A stretch of 64,000 nt of DNA. It comes from Andalucia godoyi And28 (lineage: Eukaryota; Protista; Jakobida). A program made the position numbers and the translations under genes. This document shows positions 21,504-33,300 of this stretch, piece after piece. The stretch lies in the NCBI GenBank assembly GCA_009859145.1, contig VRVR01000039.1, forward strand, positions 7,909-71,908. Direction: 5' to 3'. Each line of letters opens with the position of its first letter. The stretch's first letter is position 1. The notes beneath the pieces were generated by a model. The model was not told where the DNA came from. It did not search any database and worked only from the letters and a program-made list of their open reading frames with translations.

Positions 21504-21887
21504 TCTTGAATGCTTCATCTTTTCTTGCTTTTCGTGACATGATGGTGCAGGTGGTGAAAAGGCTGATGTGCCATTCCGATGTGCACGACACCATTGTGAA
21601 CTGAAGTGACGTGGCGCGGGCGCACTTCCTACTGAAACCATCATCTTTTTTGTACGTTGCGGTCTCTGGTACCAGGAAGCGTCTGTTCGTCGGACGTTTG
21701 CACGAAGAACTTCCGTATTCCTTGCATTTACGTATTTAAATAGGTGAGCCTTCAAGAAAAGGAGCATGCGCGTGCAGCACGACGTCAATTGCAGCAGAAA
21801 CGAGCGGGAACAAACTGTCGGATGTGACGTTTGGACCTTGGCAGTGCGTCCCATTTGCGCCCAGCGGGTGCAGTGCGGCGCGGTGCT

Positions 21888-24800
21888 TTAGGACTTGATG
21901 CAAAAGAGGACAAATACGCCTTGGAAAATGTCGGAAGCTGCAAATGCAATGTCCAGGGTCGGAAGATTCACCGAGGTTGTTGTGGGAGTGACGCCGTTTC
22001 CGGCGCTGTTGTCCTGTATGTACACGGTCTCTTGGTTTGCGGATGCTCCGAGATTCACAGTTTTGGCAGTGTGTCTGTGCACAATGTCGACGTTCGTGAT
22101 GGTGGACGCGGGGGTCTTCAAGACCCGGCTGTCCGAGGGTGACGAGTTCGGATAGAGCTGCGGCGCTGTGCCCGAGGTGATCGGGTTCGGTACGGCTGGG
22201 TTGCTGTACTGGCCAGGATCGAGGCCCACCGGCACACGGCCGAAAGAATCCGTGAAGGGCGTGTACCCGCTTGGGCACGTGATGCCCTTGTACATGATGA
22301 TCGTTCCTGCAGGTACCAGGTCGTTTCCGCCTTCCCGAACCTTTCCGTTGGCCACATTGAAATTACCAGAGGAGACTGTCACAGAGCTGGAGATAAGGCG
22401 AATGCCGGAGCTCTTGACTTCCACACGTAGAGCGTCTGTCTGGTCGCGTATGGAAGTCGTCGTGGCAGTCAAGCGGATTTCGTTTGTCACTTTCGACCCG
22501 GCTGCAACATCGGATCCCCTGGTCCCAATGACAATTTGTGCAGAAGATCCATTAGTCATCATGTATAAGAGAGAAGAGTGGAAAGCGGTCAGAGATGTCG
22601 ATGAAAAGTCGATGATGTTGAACTGGTTTGCATCCTGAAGGGAAAGCGAGGAGGAACGAAGAAGAATGCTCGACGGATATCCCGCAGACAACGCTGATCT
22701 GGAGCCAACCTCAAATGAACCCGTATTCGCCGTCTCGGGCACGAACTGGACTTTTTGCACCCAAGAAACCCGCAAATTCATGGACCGACAGTTGATGAGC
22801 GACGCGAAGAATGGATCGGATGTGAGAGTGGTCATGGATCCTATGGAAATTTCCGAAGCCGCTGCTTGTGCAATGACAGAAAATACAGAAATGGAGGACA
22901 AGGGTGCCGTGATCTTCGTAGAAGCAGCCTCCACGGTTAGCCCCCCGTCTCCGGCCACCCCAGTACCAGGTCGCAACAGAATCGGTCCACCGACTCCGGA
23001 CGATCCTGATGCTGTTCCGCCAAGAATCGACACCTGACCGCCAGTCGCCTGCGAGACTTGCTGCCCTGCAATGGTTAGCGTCTTTCCCGCAACGGCGGAC
23101 GTAGACGTCGGTGGAAGCTTGATTGTCGCGGCGGACTGCGCAGACCCAACCAAGATGACATTGTCTCCGGACGACGAGAAAATGGAAAAGGTCGGCGTGT
23201 CCCAAGATGTAGAGGGGGAGACAGCCTGAATTGAACCAGGGTTCACAAGAAACCAAGAGGAGCTCGTCTCCAGCTTGATCATCGAGCTGTTCACCGACAG
23301 TTTGTTGGCAGAGCTGCTTTCTGTTACAGTGAATGACGACTTGGTGCTCAAAGAAATGTCGCTGCCAAACCCAATACTGGAAGCACCTGAATAGAGTGAG
23401 AGCTTCAGGTTGTTGGCGGTCAGTTGAAGCGACGCTAGCGGGTGGACAGCAATCGATGGAGAAGACATGTCGATGGACATGTTCCCCGATGCCGATTGGA
23501 TTGTACTGTTTCCCTCCAGAAGGATTCCTGCGGCGGAGTGCAGAGCGAGATAGCCATCTGTCGATTTGATTCGCAGAGAGTCTGTTCCAGCGGACGACAG
23601 CATGGTTCTGTTGAAATCAATGCTGAGCGTTCTGCCGGACACAATCCCAGAACTTCCATTCACCTTCAGCAAGCCAGCGACACTCTGCCCAATCTGCACG
23701 GTCGATGCACCCAGAACGCTGAGTCCTTGCGCCGGAACAAGAATGAGACTTCCGGGGGTCATGAGGACGCCTGTTGCGGTGTCCAGCATCAGACCGGATT
23801 CAGCATTCCACAACCATGGGCTGCTTCCTGCCAGCCGCACACCGGATTTCGATGTGTTGAGGATCACTCCAGGAGCCACTATCGAGACATTATTCAGTTC
23901 CTCGACCAACGACGCTGTTGCGAAGTTGAATTGGAATGTGTGGCTCGTGAGCATTGAGGAGGTCGCTCTCAGCGAGCCACTTTGGGAAGGATTACCAACG
24001 ACAAGAAGAGAGCTGGATTCGTGGTACACTACAACGCCCTGCGCAGCACTGAGTTGAAGGACAGACGAAATGGTGCTAATCCTGCCATTTTCTGCGAAAA
24101 TATACATATTGGATGAAGAAATGTTCTGTGCGGCATTCAGCAGCCGGATTGACTGCGTGCGGTCGGCGATCGAAAACGTGACCCCTTGCGTTGTGGCCGA
24201 AATATTCACAGACCCGGCTGCCGAGAGAAACAGAGACGCTTGTGTAGTCCAGGACGACCGCTGCAGATCAATGGCGGAAGTGGCGGAAGTTATTTTTGCA
24301 GAGTCTCCGACAACAGAAAAGTCGCTGCCAACAGACAGTAAACCCGCCCCGAGGAGACGAACATGCGCGGAGGAGTTTCTGACCACGAAATTGAGATCCC
24401 CGACAACCGTCTGCAGTGTGTTATTGGAGAAATGGATGGACACATCAGACAGCGTCCCGGTCGTGGGACTCTTTCCTCGAACTGCGTAGTCGGATCCAAC
24501 AAGCAGATCCCCAACGGGATTGGTAATGTACTGCACCTCGATCTTGCTGACCTTGATCCGCGAGTCGCGGAAGTTGATGGACAGGGAAGGGCTGTCCATG
24601 GACTGACTTGACGCATTAACCACCAAGTAGGACAGGAAGCAGTCAGTGGTCGCAACTTGCGACGGACAAAAGGCCATGGCCACCGGGACCCTGGCGGACC
24701 TGTTTGCATTCAAAAGAATATCACCTTCCGTGGACAGCAAAACCGACGGCACTGTATGGTCGTCAAGGAACTTGAGTGCCGAGCCGGTTACAAGCGACAC

Positions 24801-26582
24801 GTGGCTGTATCCCGTCGTATTGGAGGACAGTAGTGAGGTGCCGAGCGCGATCTGCGTGTCTGCAGACATTTCCATTCCTTTTTCATAAATTTTTGTGAAG
24901 GAGTGCGGATTCCGGCCTCCATCGGCAGCGAAACGGAGAAAAGACGAAGAGTACAGCGCAACTCCGTCGAACGTCAGAGTTCCGGATGCGTTGAATGCGA
25001 CCCTTTTCGGAGAAGACGCGATGCTGAACAAAATCATTTCTTGCTCCGATATGCTCATTCGGAACGCCTGCTGGAAGGTGATCGAGGAATTGGCCATTCC
25101 GAATACCGACAGCTGCAGACTGCTGGGCGATGCAATGGAGAAGCTCTTGGTTGTGAACACTGTGGAATTCGGAGTCATCTGCAGGAGCGAATAAAGCAGC
25201 GAGGAATGGTCCAAGCGAAGAACGTGATTCTCCAGATCTGCCTGAATCATAAAGTTCGTCGTCGTCGGCACCGACGGAAAATGTGCATGAGAGGCGCCAA
25301 GAATGATGCTTGGTTGGGAGGACGATATCAAGACAGTCTGCGGAGCGGAGCTCAGGGACCCGTTGCCCACGACAAAAGCTGCTGATACGGCGCCTGCGAT
25401 GCACATGCCGGCTCTTTCGTGACCTGTCTGACACCCGGGCAACACCACGACATTTGACGTCGAAGACAAGGAAAGCTGGCGCTGCGACGTGATGCTGCAA
25501 TTTCGACTCGACAAGAACGCGAACGCGTCCGCCCGAACGACCACTCCGCCACGCGCAGCATTGACGTGCAGCGGACCCGTGTGGTTCTCTGTGGTTTCCA
25601 AGAAATTCAGCTTGAATACTGCCGAGTCGTTTCTCGACACGACAGACTCTGCTTCCAGGACAATCGAGTTTCTTGTGGAGATCTGAAGCCCAGAGGCAAA
25701 TGCAAAAGAGTACGGCTCCGCAATGGCGATGGACATAAAGGCGCTGCGGGAGATGTTTAGATTTGCGGATGCGATCCACGAGTCCGCGATGGTGAAGCCG
25801 TTGGCAACGAGCGTTGCCGGCTCTCTGGTCGTCATTGTGATTCCTTTTGCCACGGACAGCACAGTGTGTCTGTCTTGAACGATGGTCAGGGCACCCTCCG
25901 TGAACCTCAGAGTGGACAGTTCTCCAACGGATGTCGAATGAGTGGAAACAAACGTTTCCGAGGTTAGTGTTTGTGTGTTCAGCAAGCCGTACACCGCACT
26001 CGACGTGCTTCCCATTCGCAGAACGAGTGCACCACCGTGAAGAACATCGAAGGTGTTCCTCAGCTTTCTCAAAGTAGTGTTGTGTGTCTCGTCTGCAAAC
26101 ACAAGACGGGTGCCGCCGAACGGAGACGACATGGAAACGAAGGTCTGGCCCTGTGGATTCGACACGGCAAGAGTCCTTGCAGAAATCGACTTTGATGCGA
26201 CCGAAGCGATGTCCAGATTTTGCCAGTCGGTTCCGAAAATACAGACATACACATACGCAAGTGCACCAACGACGATCCAGCACATGATAATGTGAGCCAC
26301 TAAAAGGGCAAACTTCTTATCGATCCTCTTGAATATCGGTCTTCGTCGCGGCAACGGAACCCCGTTAAACAGGACTTCCACATTCTCCGGGAACTCTTCC
26401 GTCTGCTTCTGTGCATAAAGCCGGTTTTCCTGCTCTTCCGTGTCCAGCGGGGGAAGGTGCTGCTGCTGGATCGCAGAGCCTGGAGGCCGAATCGGCACCA
26501 GTGTCTTGCGAGGAGGCTGCATCCCCACCGTAACCGCAGCAACCGATGAAAAATTGTGAGACCGCGGAGATGCCGTCATCAT
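21888..26582 (-). CDS. Giant type II membrane protein A, 1564 aa, with beta-rich stalk and C-terminal phage tail-collar-like domain
   Basis: Uninterrupted ORF. One TM helix near residues 92-117, many N-x-S/T sequons, one GG-x-h-x-h-x-x-G repeat module, C-terminal PAGTIIMYKGITCPSGY...GRVPVG, an HRH motif and terminal FVLFCIKS. Confidence 0.88.
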   Translation of the reverse strand: MMTASPRSHNFSSVAAVTVGMQPPRKTLVPIRPPGSAIQQQHLPPLDTEEQENRLYAQKQTEEFPENVEVLFNGVPLPRRRPIFKRIDKKFALLVAHIIMCWIVVGALAYVYVCIFGTDWQNLDIASVASKSISARTLAVSNPQGQTFVSMSSPFGGTRLVFADETHNTTLRKLRNTFDVLHGGALVLRMGSTSSAVYGLLNTQTLTSETFVSTHSTSVGELSTLRFTEGALTIVQDRHTVLSVAKGITMTTREPATLVANGFTIADSWIASANLNISRSAFMSIAIAEPYSFAFASGLQISTRNSIVLEAESVVSRNDSAVFKLNFLETTENHTGPLHVNAARGGVVVRADAFAFLSSRNCSITSQRQLSLSSTSNVVVLPGCQTGHERAGMCIAGAVSAAFVVGNGSLSSAPQTVLISSSQPSIILGASHAHFPSVPTTTNFMIQADLENHVLRLDHSSLLYSLLQMTPNSTVFTTKSFSIASPSSLQLSVFGMANSSITFQQAFRMSISEQEMILFSIASSPKRVAFNASGTLTFDGVALYSSSFLRFAADGGRNPHSFTKIYEKGMEMSADTQIALGTSLLSSNTTGYSHVSLVTGSALKFLDDHTVPSVLLSTEGDILLNANRSARVPVAMAFCPSQVATTDCFLSYLVVNASSQSMDSPSLSINFRDSRIKVSKIEVQYITNPVGDLLVGSDYAVRGKSPTTGTLSDVSIHFSNNTLQTVVGDLNFVVRNSSAHVRLLGAGLLSVGSDFSVVGDSAKITSATSAIDLQRSSWTTQASLFLSAAGSVNISATTQGVTFSIADRTQSIRLLNAAQNISSSNMYIFAENGRISTISSVLQLSAAQGVVVYHESSSLLVVGNPSQSGSLRATSSMLTSHTFQFNFATASLVEELNNVSIVAPGVILNTSKSGVRLAGSSPWLWNAESGLMLDTATGVLMTPGSLILVPAQGLSVLGASTVQIGQSVAGLLKVNGSSGIVSGRTLSIDFNRTMLSSAGTDSLRIKSTDGYLALHSAAGILLEGNSTIQSASGNMSIDMSSPSIAVHPLASLQLTANNLKLSLYSGASSIGFGSDISLSTKSSFTVTESSSANKLSVNSSMIKLETSSSWFLVNPGSIQAVSPSTSWDTPTFSIFSSSGDNVILVGSAQSAATIKLPPTSTSAVAGKTLTIAGQQVSQATGGQVSILGGTASGSSGVGGPILLRPGTGVAGDGGLTVEAASTKITAPLSSISVFSVIAQAAASEISIGSMTTLTSDPFFASLINCRSMNLRVSWVQKVQFVPETANTGSFEVGSRSALSAGYPSSILLRSSSLSLQDANQFNIIDFSSTSLTAFHSSLLYMMTNGSSAQIVIGTRGSDVAAGSKVTNEIRLTATTTSIRDQTDALRVEVKSSGIRLISSSVTVSSGNFNVANGKVREGGNDLVPAGTIIMYKGITCPSGYTPFTDSFGRVPVGLDPGQYSNPAVPNPITSGTAPQLYPNSSPSDSRVLKTPASTITNVDIVHRHTAKTVNLGASANQETVYIQDNSAGNGVTPTTTSVNLPTLDIAFAASDIFQGVFVLFCIKS

Positions 26583-27345
26583 TGCCGTCGTCGTGTCTTT
26601 TGTGTTCTTGTTTTATTTTTTTTATAATTATTATTATATTTTTTTTGAAATATAAAATAAGCTGAGTGATGAACAACGATATCGGACGAACAAGAGTAGG
26701 CTACGCACCTGCTTCCTTGACGAAGCATGGATCAATCCATTGGAGCGTTTAATGAACTCGACAGAAAAGGCAAATGAAAATGTCTGTTGTAACCCTTCCA
26801 GCATCATTCAGCTTCGCTTGATGGTAGCGGTACTGTAGTTCGGAGACAGTCCGTCCTTTTCAGCTTTACCGTTTCTTTCTTCATTCGTATTTCCGTTTCT
26901 TTTCTTTCATTCCTCTTTTATTTATTATAGTATTTTTCCCCCTTTCTTTCTTTTTCTTCTCAATCAACGGACACTGTTTGCTAGAGCTTTCTGTTCATTT
27001 TCCCATTGCCAAGATAGCGTAGTTTGTGTCCAACATGTAGATTCCTCCCGTTGCGTCAATTGTCTGGTGCCATGTCATTTTTTTAAATGGTATTTCAGCA
27101 CGATGCTCAGAGGTACATCTTGAAACGATACTGTTCTTATGATTTATTTATTTATTTATACTATTATATATATATATATATATATATTAAACGACAGTTA
27201 ACAGTTTTCTTCGTGTTTTTTTCATTTCCTTTTTGAAAAACGTATTTTTGTTATTGTTTTATTTTGGCTTATGATTTTTCAATTTGAAGTACTTTATCAA
27301 ATTGAATATTGAATACGCCCACGATCCACCATGCAAATGGAACGA

Positions 27346-30300
27346 CTACAGTTTGTAGCAGACCAAGAGATATAGTCCAGGAACGATGTTGTGCACCGGC
27401 ACGCCTGTTGTGGATGCAGCGGCCACCGTTGCGCTTGTGGATCCCGAGTAGGATTGCTGCGCAACGGTCTGTGAACCGCCGCCGCAGCAGTTGGAATTGG
27501 GGAGACTCACGCCTCCGTGAGTGTGGCTCAAACTCACGCTAATGGTTTGACCGGGAACGCTGAACGATCTTGTGGTCGAGGATGGGGGAAATGGGAGGCT
27601 GGAGCCCTGCTGGGGACTGTAGTCAGCCCATGCGCCGCTTGTCTGCGTTGGCATTCCAAACACCGCTCGTCCCCGTGCTTCTGTGAGTTCTGCATACCCG
27701 GCTGGACATGCGATTCCTTTGAACATGATGACAGAATTCGCTGGAATTAGGGCATCTCCAGATTCCTTCACCTTCCCCGAAACGAGCAGATCACCAACAA
27801 CACTCACAGCCCCCGAGGTCCCTGCACGAAGCACGTAGTTGGATGATGATATGTCGAGTCGTGCGTTTGTGCTGGCTGCATTGGTGTCCCATATCTGCAC
27901 GCTTGTTCCTCGAATCACCACGGTTTCCGTTCCGCTGGAGGCAGCGTCCGTCGCCGACACTCCGATCTGGATCACGGTGCCAGCTGCCGACGCAGTTTTC
28001 AGGTACATCGAGGTTTGATGGAACAGCAAGGCCTGCGTACTGCGCAGCGCTAGGCCTGATGCTGCCGACGCTGCCGAAAATTCCACACTGGATCCCGTGA
28101 ACGTCATCGTTGGAGCATTCGACGAAGCCCCCACGATGAACATCGGGCTCGCTCCTTCGAACTGAACGGAGACCCGATTCGAACACAAGGTCGTTGTGTT
28201 GCCTCGAAGTTTGATGTAGGACGGATACCTATTCGTGACATTCGTGTCTCCGATCTCAACTGTCGTCTCCACTGCTGGGAACGGCTGCTCCGTAAGCACG
28301 CGAAATAACGTTCCCACAGTTGCTGTGTACGCGTTGGCCCTCGTCATGATTGAGTTCGTGTACGAAGCGTCAACCATGGAAATGCTGGGATTTGAGTTGC
28401 CGATCTCGATACGATCTCCGCCGAACGACTCGGAATCAGACGAATGCACTGCTAGTATTGGATCCGAGTATGCGTGGTTCTGGACAGTCAGCGAATGGGT
28501 TTCCAGCATCGTGCTTCCGACTGTGTTTCCAAGGCCAGTTCGTAGATGGATGGATCCGCCGCGGCCAGAAATGCTGTCGGCAGCGAACAAGCGAATCCAG
28601 CCTCCACCGCTCTGCGACCGCCCCAACCCTGCATACAGATTCAGACTGCCACCCGTTAACGACGCATTGTTGCTGGAGGCCTCGCCAGCTGCGAGTGAAA
28701 TCGATCCGCCGTCTCCGCAGTTTGAGCAAGCAGATTGTCCATAAATCTTTAAATCACTGCCATGTGCGGGACTCACTGACGCCGGCATGGATATTTCAAC
28801 CCCTGCTTGCGTAGGCCCCACTGAGATCAGCAGCGGGTTTGTAGGCACCGACGGTCTAACAATCATTCCTTGTGAACTTGTGAAGACTGAAAAGGTGCCC
28901 GTGGACGTGAGGGCCATGGTCCCCGCATCCAGCCGTACCTCCCCAGTCCTGTTCACACGAAAAGCAACATCATCGATTTCAAGGGACGTCCGCAGCTTCC
29001 TGTCTCGGAAGATCACAGACTGTGCTCGCAGCCGCAGATAGTTCGTGTATGTGGACGCATCAGAAAACTCTCCAATCTCAATGTTGGTGTTTGCAGAAAC
29101 AGTGTCCTCCGTCTTCAGATTTATGGACTGGCCGGCCAATGTCTTAAACGTCGATGCTCGGATGTAAACAAGGTCTGTGTAGTCCGTTGCAGACGGTGAA
29201 ATGGAGGAATTGGTGTTTCCAATCAAAACATGGTCACCTGCGGGATCTGCGTCCATTGTGCCCACAACAAAGAAGGGAGTGAGCTGTGACCAGGAGCGAA
29301 CAGAAAATGCATGTGCGTCAACGAGCACGGAGCCGGTTGAAGAGGGAGAATAAGAGGCGGACGCGCTGCCACCTGCGCGCAAAAGGATTGACCCCCCGGT
29401 GGACGTCGAGGAACTGTCTCCGGCTGATATGGCTACATTTCCGCCAGCGGCATCCCCGAACCCGTTTCCAGCTTCCAGAATGAGCGATCCGCCCGCAGCA
29501 GCAGACTGCAGGGTATGTCCATAACCGGCTCGAACGATAAAATTGCCTCCGTTTCCACAATCAGCGCATGCGGTCTGTCCGGTCAGCACGGTGGACGAAG
29601 CAGCACCCGTGCTCACAGGACGGGAAATCATCGTGGCAGACGTGGACGTTCCCAAGGCCAAGTACGTCGGCAGCGCAGGATCTCGCGACGTAAGGACGTA
29701 GCCCGCAGCACCGGATGTGACGGAAACTTTGTCGGACGAAACAGTCAGCAGCGGGACAGAAATCGAAATCTGGCCCGATCGGTTGAAATCGATTGCAGTG
29801 GTGCTGACTGTTACAGACGGCGTTCCGTTGGCGTCCATCAGCGAAATGTTCCGCGCGCGGATCAGTATGTTTTCCGGGACAAGCGATGACGAAGAAGACT
29901 GCCCAATGACAATGGTCGCATTCGCCGTTTCTGCAATCATGGAAAGGTAAGAAGCTCCTTTCAAGGAGATCACGTTGCCGCGAGCCTCAATCAAGTCCGT
30001 GTAGTCGGGAGAGGAAACTCCAGCAGCCATGTTGCCGATGCGCACTCGGTCTTCACTCTGATTTGCTGTCGAGATATCGAGCAGTGTCGAAGACCGTGTT
30101 GTACTGCGTACGAAAAAGGACTGCGTTAAAATACTGACGTTACCGTCTCGAATCCTCGAAGACGCCGCCATACCACTGGAGATGATGACGTCTCCTCCGT
30201 CCCCTCCGTATCCACCGCCCAGAGTAAAGGCGGCACCTGTCGCTTGCTGGGCGCCCGCTCCGGCTTGCACATAAACACTGCCTCCAGCAGCGGACGCGGA

Positions 30301-33300
30301 AGAACTCGCAGCCGTGGATCCATTTCCTGCGAATATGTGAACATCGCCGCCGGCTCCGCTCAGACTGGACTGACCCAAAATTGCAGTCAGCGACGCCGCC
30401 TGAGAGGTGGAAACCGGTCGGGAATGCGTCACAGAAGCGTTGTCAGACCCCCACTGCACCGTGAGAGAGGCAAGACTGGAAGAAGGGGAAACCGTCAGGC
30501 TCTGTGTGGAAATGTACAAGTCGTTCAGCAGGGACAGGCGCGAGCTAGTGCTGGAGAAAGATATGTTTCCAGACGGAACCCCTGCGAACAGAGACGAATT
30601 GTCTAATCGGAGGAGGGAATTTCCGGCTGCAACAACGACTGCCTTCTCTGTCAGCGTGAGCATAGTCCGCAGTGAACTGCTGAGCAATTGCACAGCATCC
30701 GCTTGAATGTTGACGACTGCTGTTGCATTAGATCCCACGAAAATCTTCGGGGAAAGGAGAGCAATGCTCTTGGAAGCCAACGTCAGGTTCGACGTAGTGA
30801 TGGAGCAGGACGGCGTGTCCATGATCCACGATCCACGATCGATGCGAAAAGACGACATGCTCGCCTCCAGCGCAAACGATTCGGAAGCGACCAAAAGAAT
30901 GCTCGAAGAGGAAAGACGGGTGTCGAGGCCCGAAAAAGAAATGTTCTGACCTGCAAGCGAAACACTAGAAGCATCGTGATCAAGCGTGATGCGAGAGGAG
31001 CCGCGCGGGTCGAAAAAGAAGAGCCCAGAGGAATTCAGAGCAAACCAAGGTGTCAGAAATCTAGTCGCGGAAACACTGAGCACAGTTGAACTGAAGTTAA
31101 TGTTGCCGAGAACGGCGGAATTCGCGTTACCAGCAGAGAGGATAATTGAGCCTGCCGTTTCCGTGGCAGAACTTCCGCCCTGGATACAGACGTCGCCACC
31201 CGTGCCATTGTGCGAGCTTCCTCCCGCGAAATAAAGCGAGCCTCCGCTGCCGCGAACTGAAGCGTTGATGAAGGACCCGGCGGAAAGGAGCATGCGACCT
31301 CCACTTGTGCACTGTGGACAGCTGTCGGCGGCGGAGAGCGAAAACTCGGTGGTGGCGCGCGACACGTCCAAATGCGCCACATGCGAGACCGCAACGCTGC
31401 CGTTGGAAAATCGGCGGACGTCCATCCACACTGTACCGGTGGATGCATCGGAGGCAACCAGAGATTGGGCGCGGAAATTCAAACTCGCGTTTCTTCCGGT
31501 GACGGACGCGTTTTGAAGGTCAAGCACCATCGAGGCTCCGTCCACTTCAAGAGTGTTCCCGTCAAGCACAAGCCCTCCAATATGCAGCTTCCTGGATCCC
31601 TCCAGAAGAAGCGGTTCCGGCGAGGACAGAACAATGCTCCCACGACTTGACAGAAAAGTCGAGTTTTCAAAGCTGATCGACAACGGGGCAAGGCTTCCGG
31701 TTTGGCGACTTCGACCGCATAAACTCCAGTCGGAATCGAGGAATACGTGTCCCTGATGGTTGAACAGGATTCTAGCCGACACGGAGAGAGCGGAAAGCTC
31801 CCCTGATAAAAAGTCAAGGTGGAGGCTGCTGGACGATATCCGAGAATTCGTGTTGTTGACGACAATTGCGGTAGAAATATTCGTGCAGTCGTCCTTGCAG
31901 AACTTCAGTGGGCTGAACACATTGACGGAGTTACTGGCAGACAGTACCATGGTGCCACCGTTCGAAAGCTCGACTGTGGTCAGTCCGGACTCCGACGCTA
32001 CGTATCCGCGACCACCGGATGTCGACAGAATCAAGGTGCGGTTCAAGCGCAATCCACTTGGTGAGAGATGGAGCGTCTCGCTTCCGTTCTGATGGAACCC
32101 GAGTGTCCCGTCCATCGAGACATGTGTTTTGTCAATTCTCAGCAGACCTGAGGCGTCAAAGGCTATCACAGATGCGGGATTCTGCGAATGGAAAAGTGTC
32201 ATCTGTGACCTCACTGCTGACACGGCGAATCCAGATGACATGGACCATTCCACTTCTGCGGCCTCAAAAAAATGCTTCAACCGCGTTGTGTTTGAATTTC
32301 CTGTTCTCAATGTGCTGTTGCAGAAGAAATCTTGACAACGAACCACTGTTTCAGAAAGATCCAGAAAGGGAGAGGATTCGGTTGGACGATGAGATATTCT
32401 CAGACTGGATGGGGACGCACGAAGCACGACGTTCGACGACAAGTAGAATGTGGTGTGCGTGAACCGGATGCCCGCCTCCACAAACGAATCAGAGTCACTG
32501 CGATTTCCGGAGGGTACAAGGAAGTGCGATGATGCATTTCCGAGTACCGCAGAATACGATGCGGAGAACCTCTCCAGAACGGGGCCGTGAAAATCAAACG
32601 TCATCGTTGAGTTTGGAGAGGTGTACGAGAAGGCCGCTGTGGCTGGGAAAACCACGCCTCCTGGAGCAAGTATCTGCAGTGGCGACTGCGGGTCGTCCCA
32701 CAACAGCTTTCGGAAGCTGATGGAATCGATCTGGACGGACGAGCCAGAAAATCGAACGGGGCCATTTCCTCCGTCTATCACTAATCCGGATGCTGCCGAA
32801 AGGGAAACTGGTTCAGAAAGGGAGCTTGATATGGATCTCTCGGACACATTCCAGTTCAAGAAGGTCAGCGTGCGGTCGAAAATCTGGAAACCTTTGAGAC
32901 GCACAGTGGAGAGAACGGTTTGGTCCGTTTCAAACACCATGTCGGTTCCCACGGAGAAAATGATCTTGTTTGATCCGGACACCACAAGCGTTCCATCTGC
33001 AAACACGAGAGAGCTTGTTCGTGTGCTTGGACCCTGTGTCAAGCCGCCGCCCTCAAGCGCGTGCAAGTCCGTTCCAAAAAAGGCAGCAGAAAACGTGGAG
33101 GAAACGTTCAAAACTGAGGATGACAGCGACTTGGACACGACGTCTCCTGGGAAAACAACCCCGTGCGAGGTAGAGCGCATGACGTCCACTCCACCAGACG
33201 AGATTTCGAATCCCGATGCAGCCGTGGAGATCTCGAACTGAGGAACGGTCGCGCCAGTTTGCAACACCAGCGCAGAGGACCCCGCGGCTGAAACAATGTG

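Noticed and set aside
21535-21615. Box C/D snoRNA candidate (ATGATG...CTGA)
   Set aside because: Box C is imperfect, there is no terminal stem, and I could not verify an rRNA-complementary guide.
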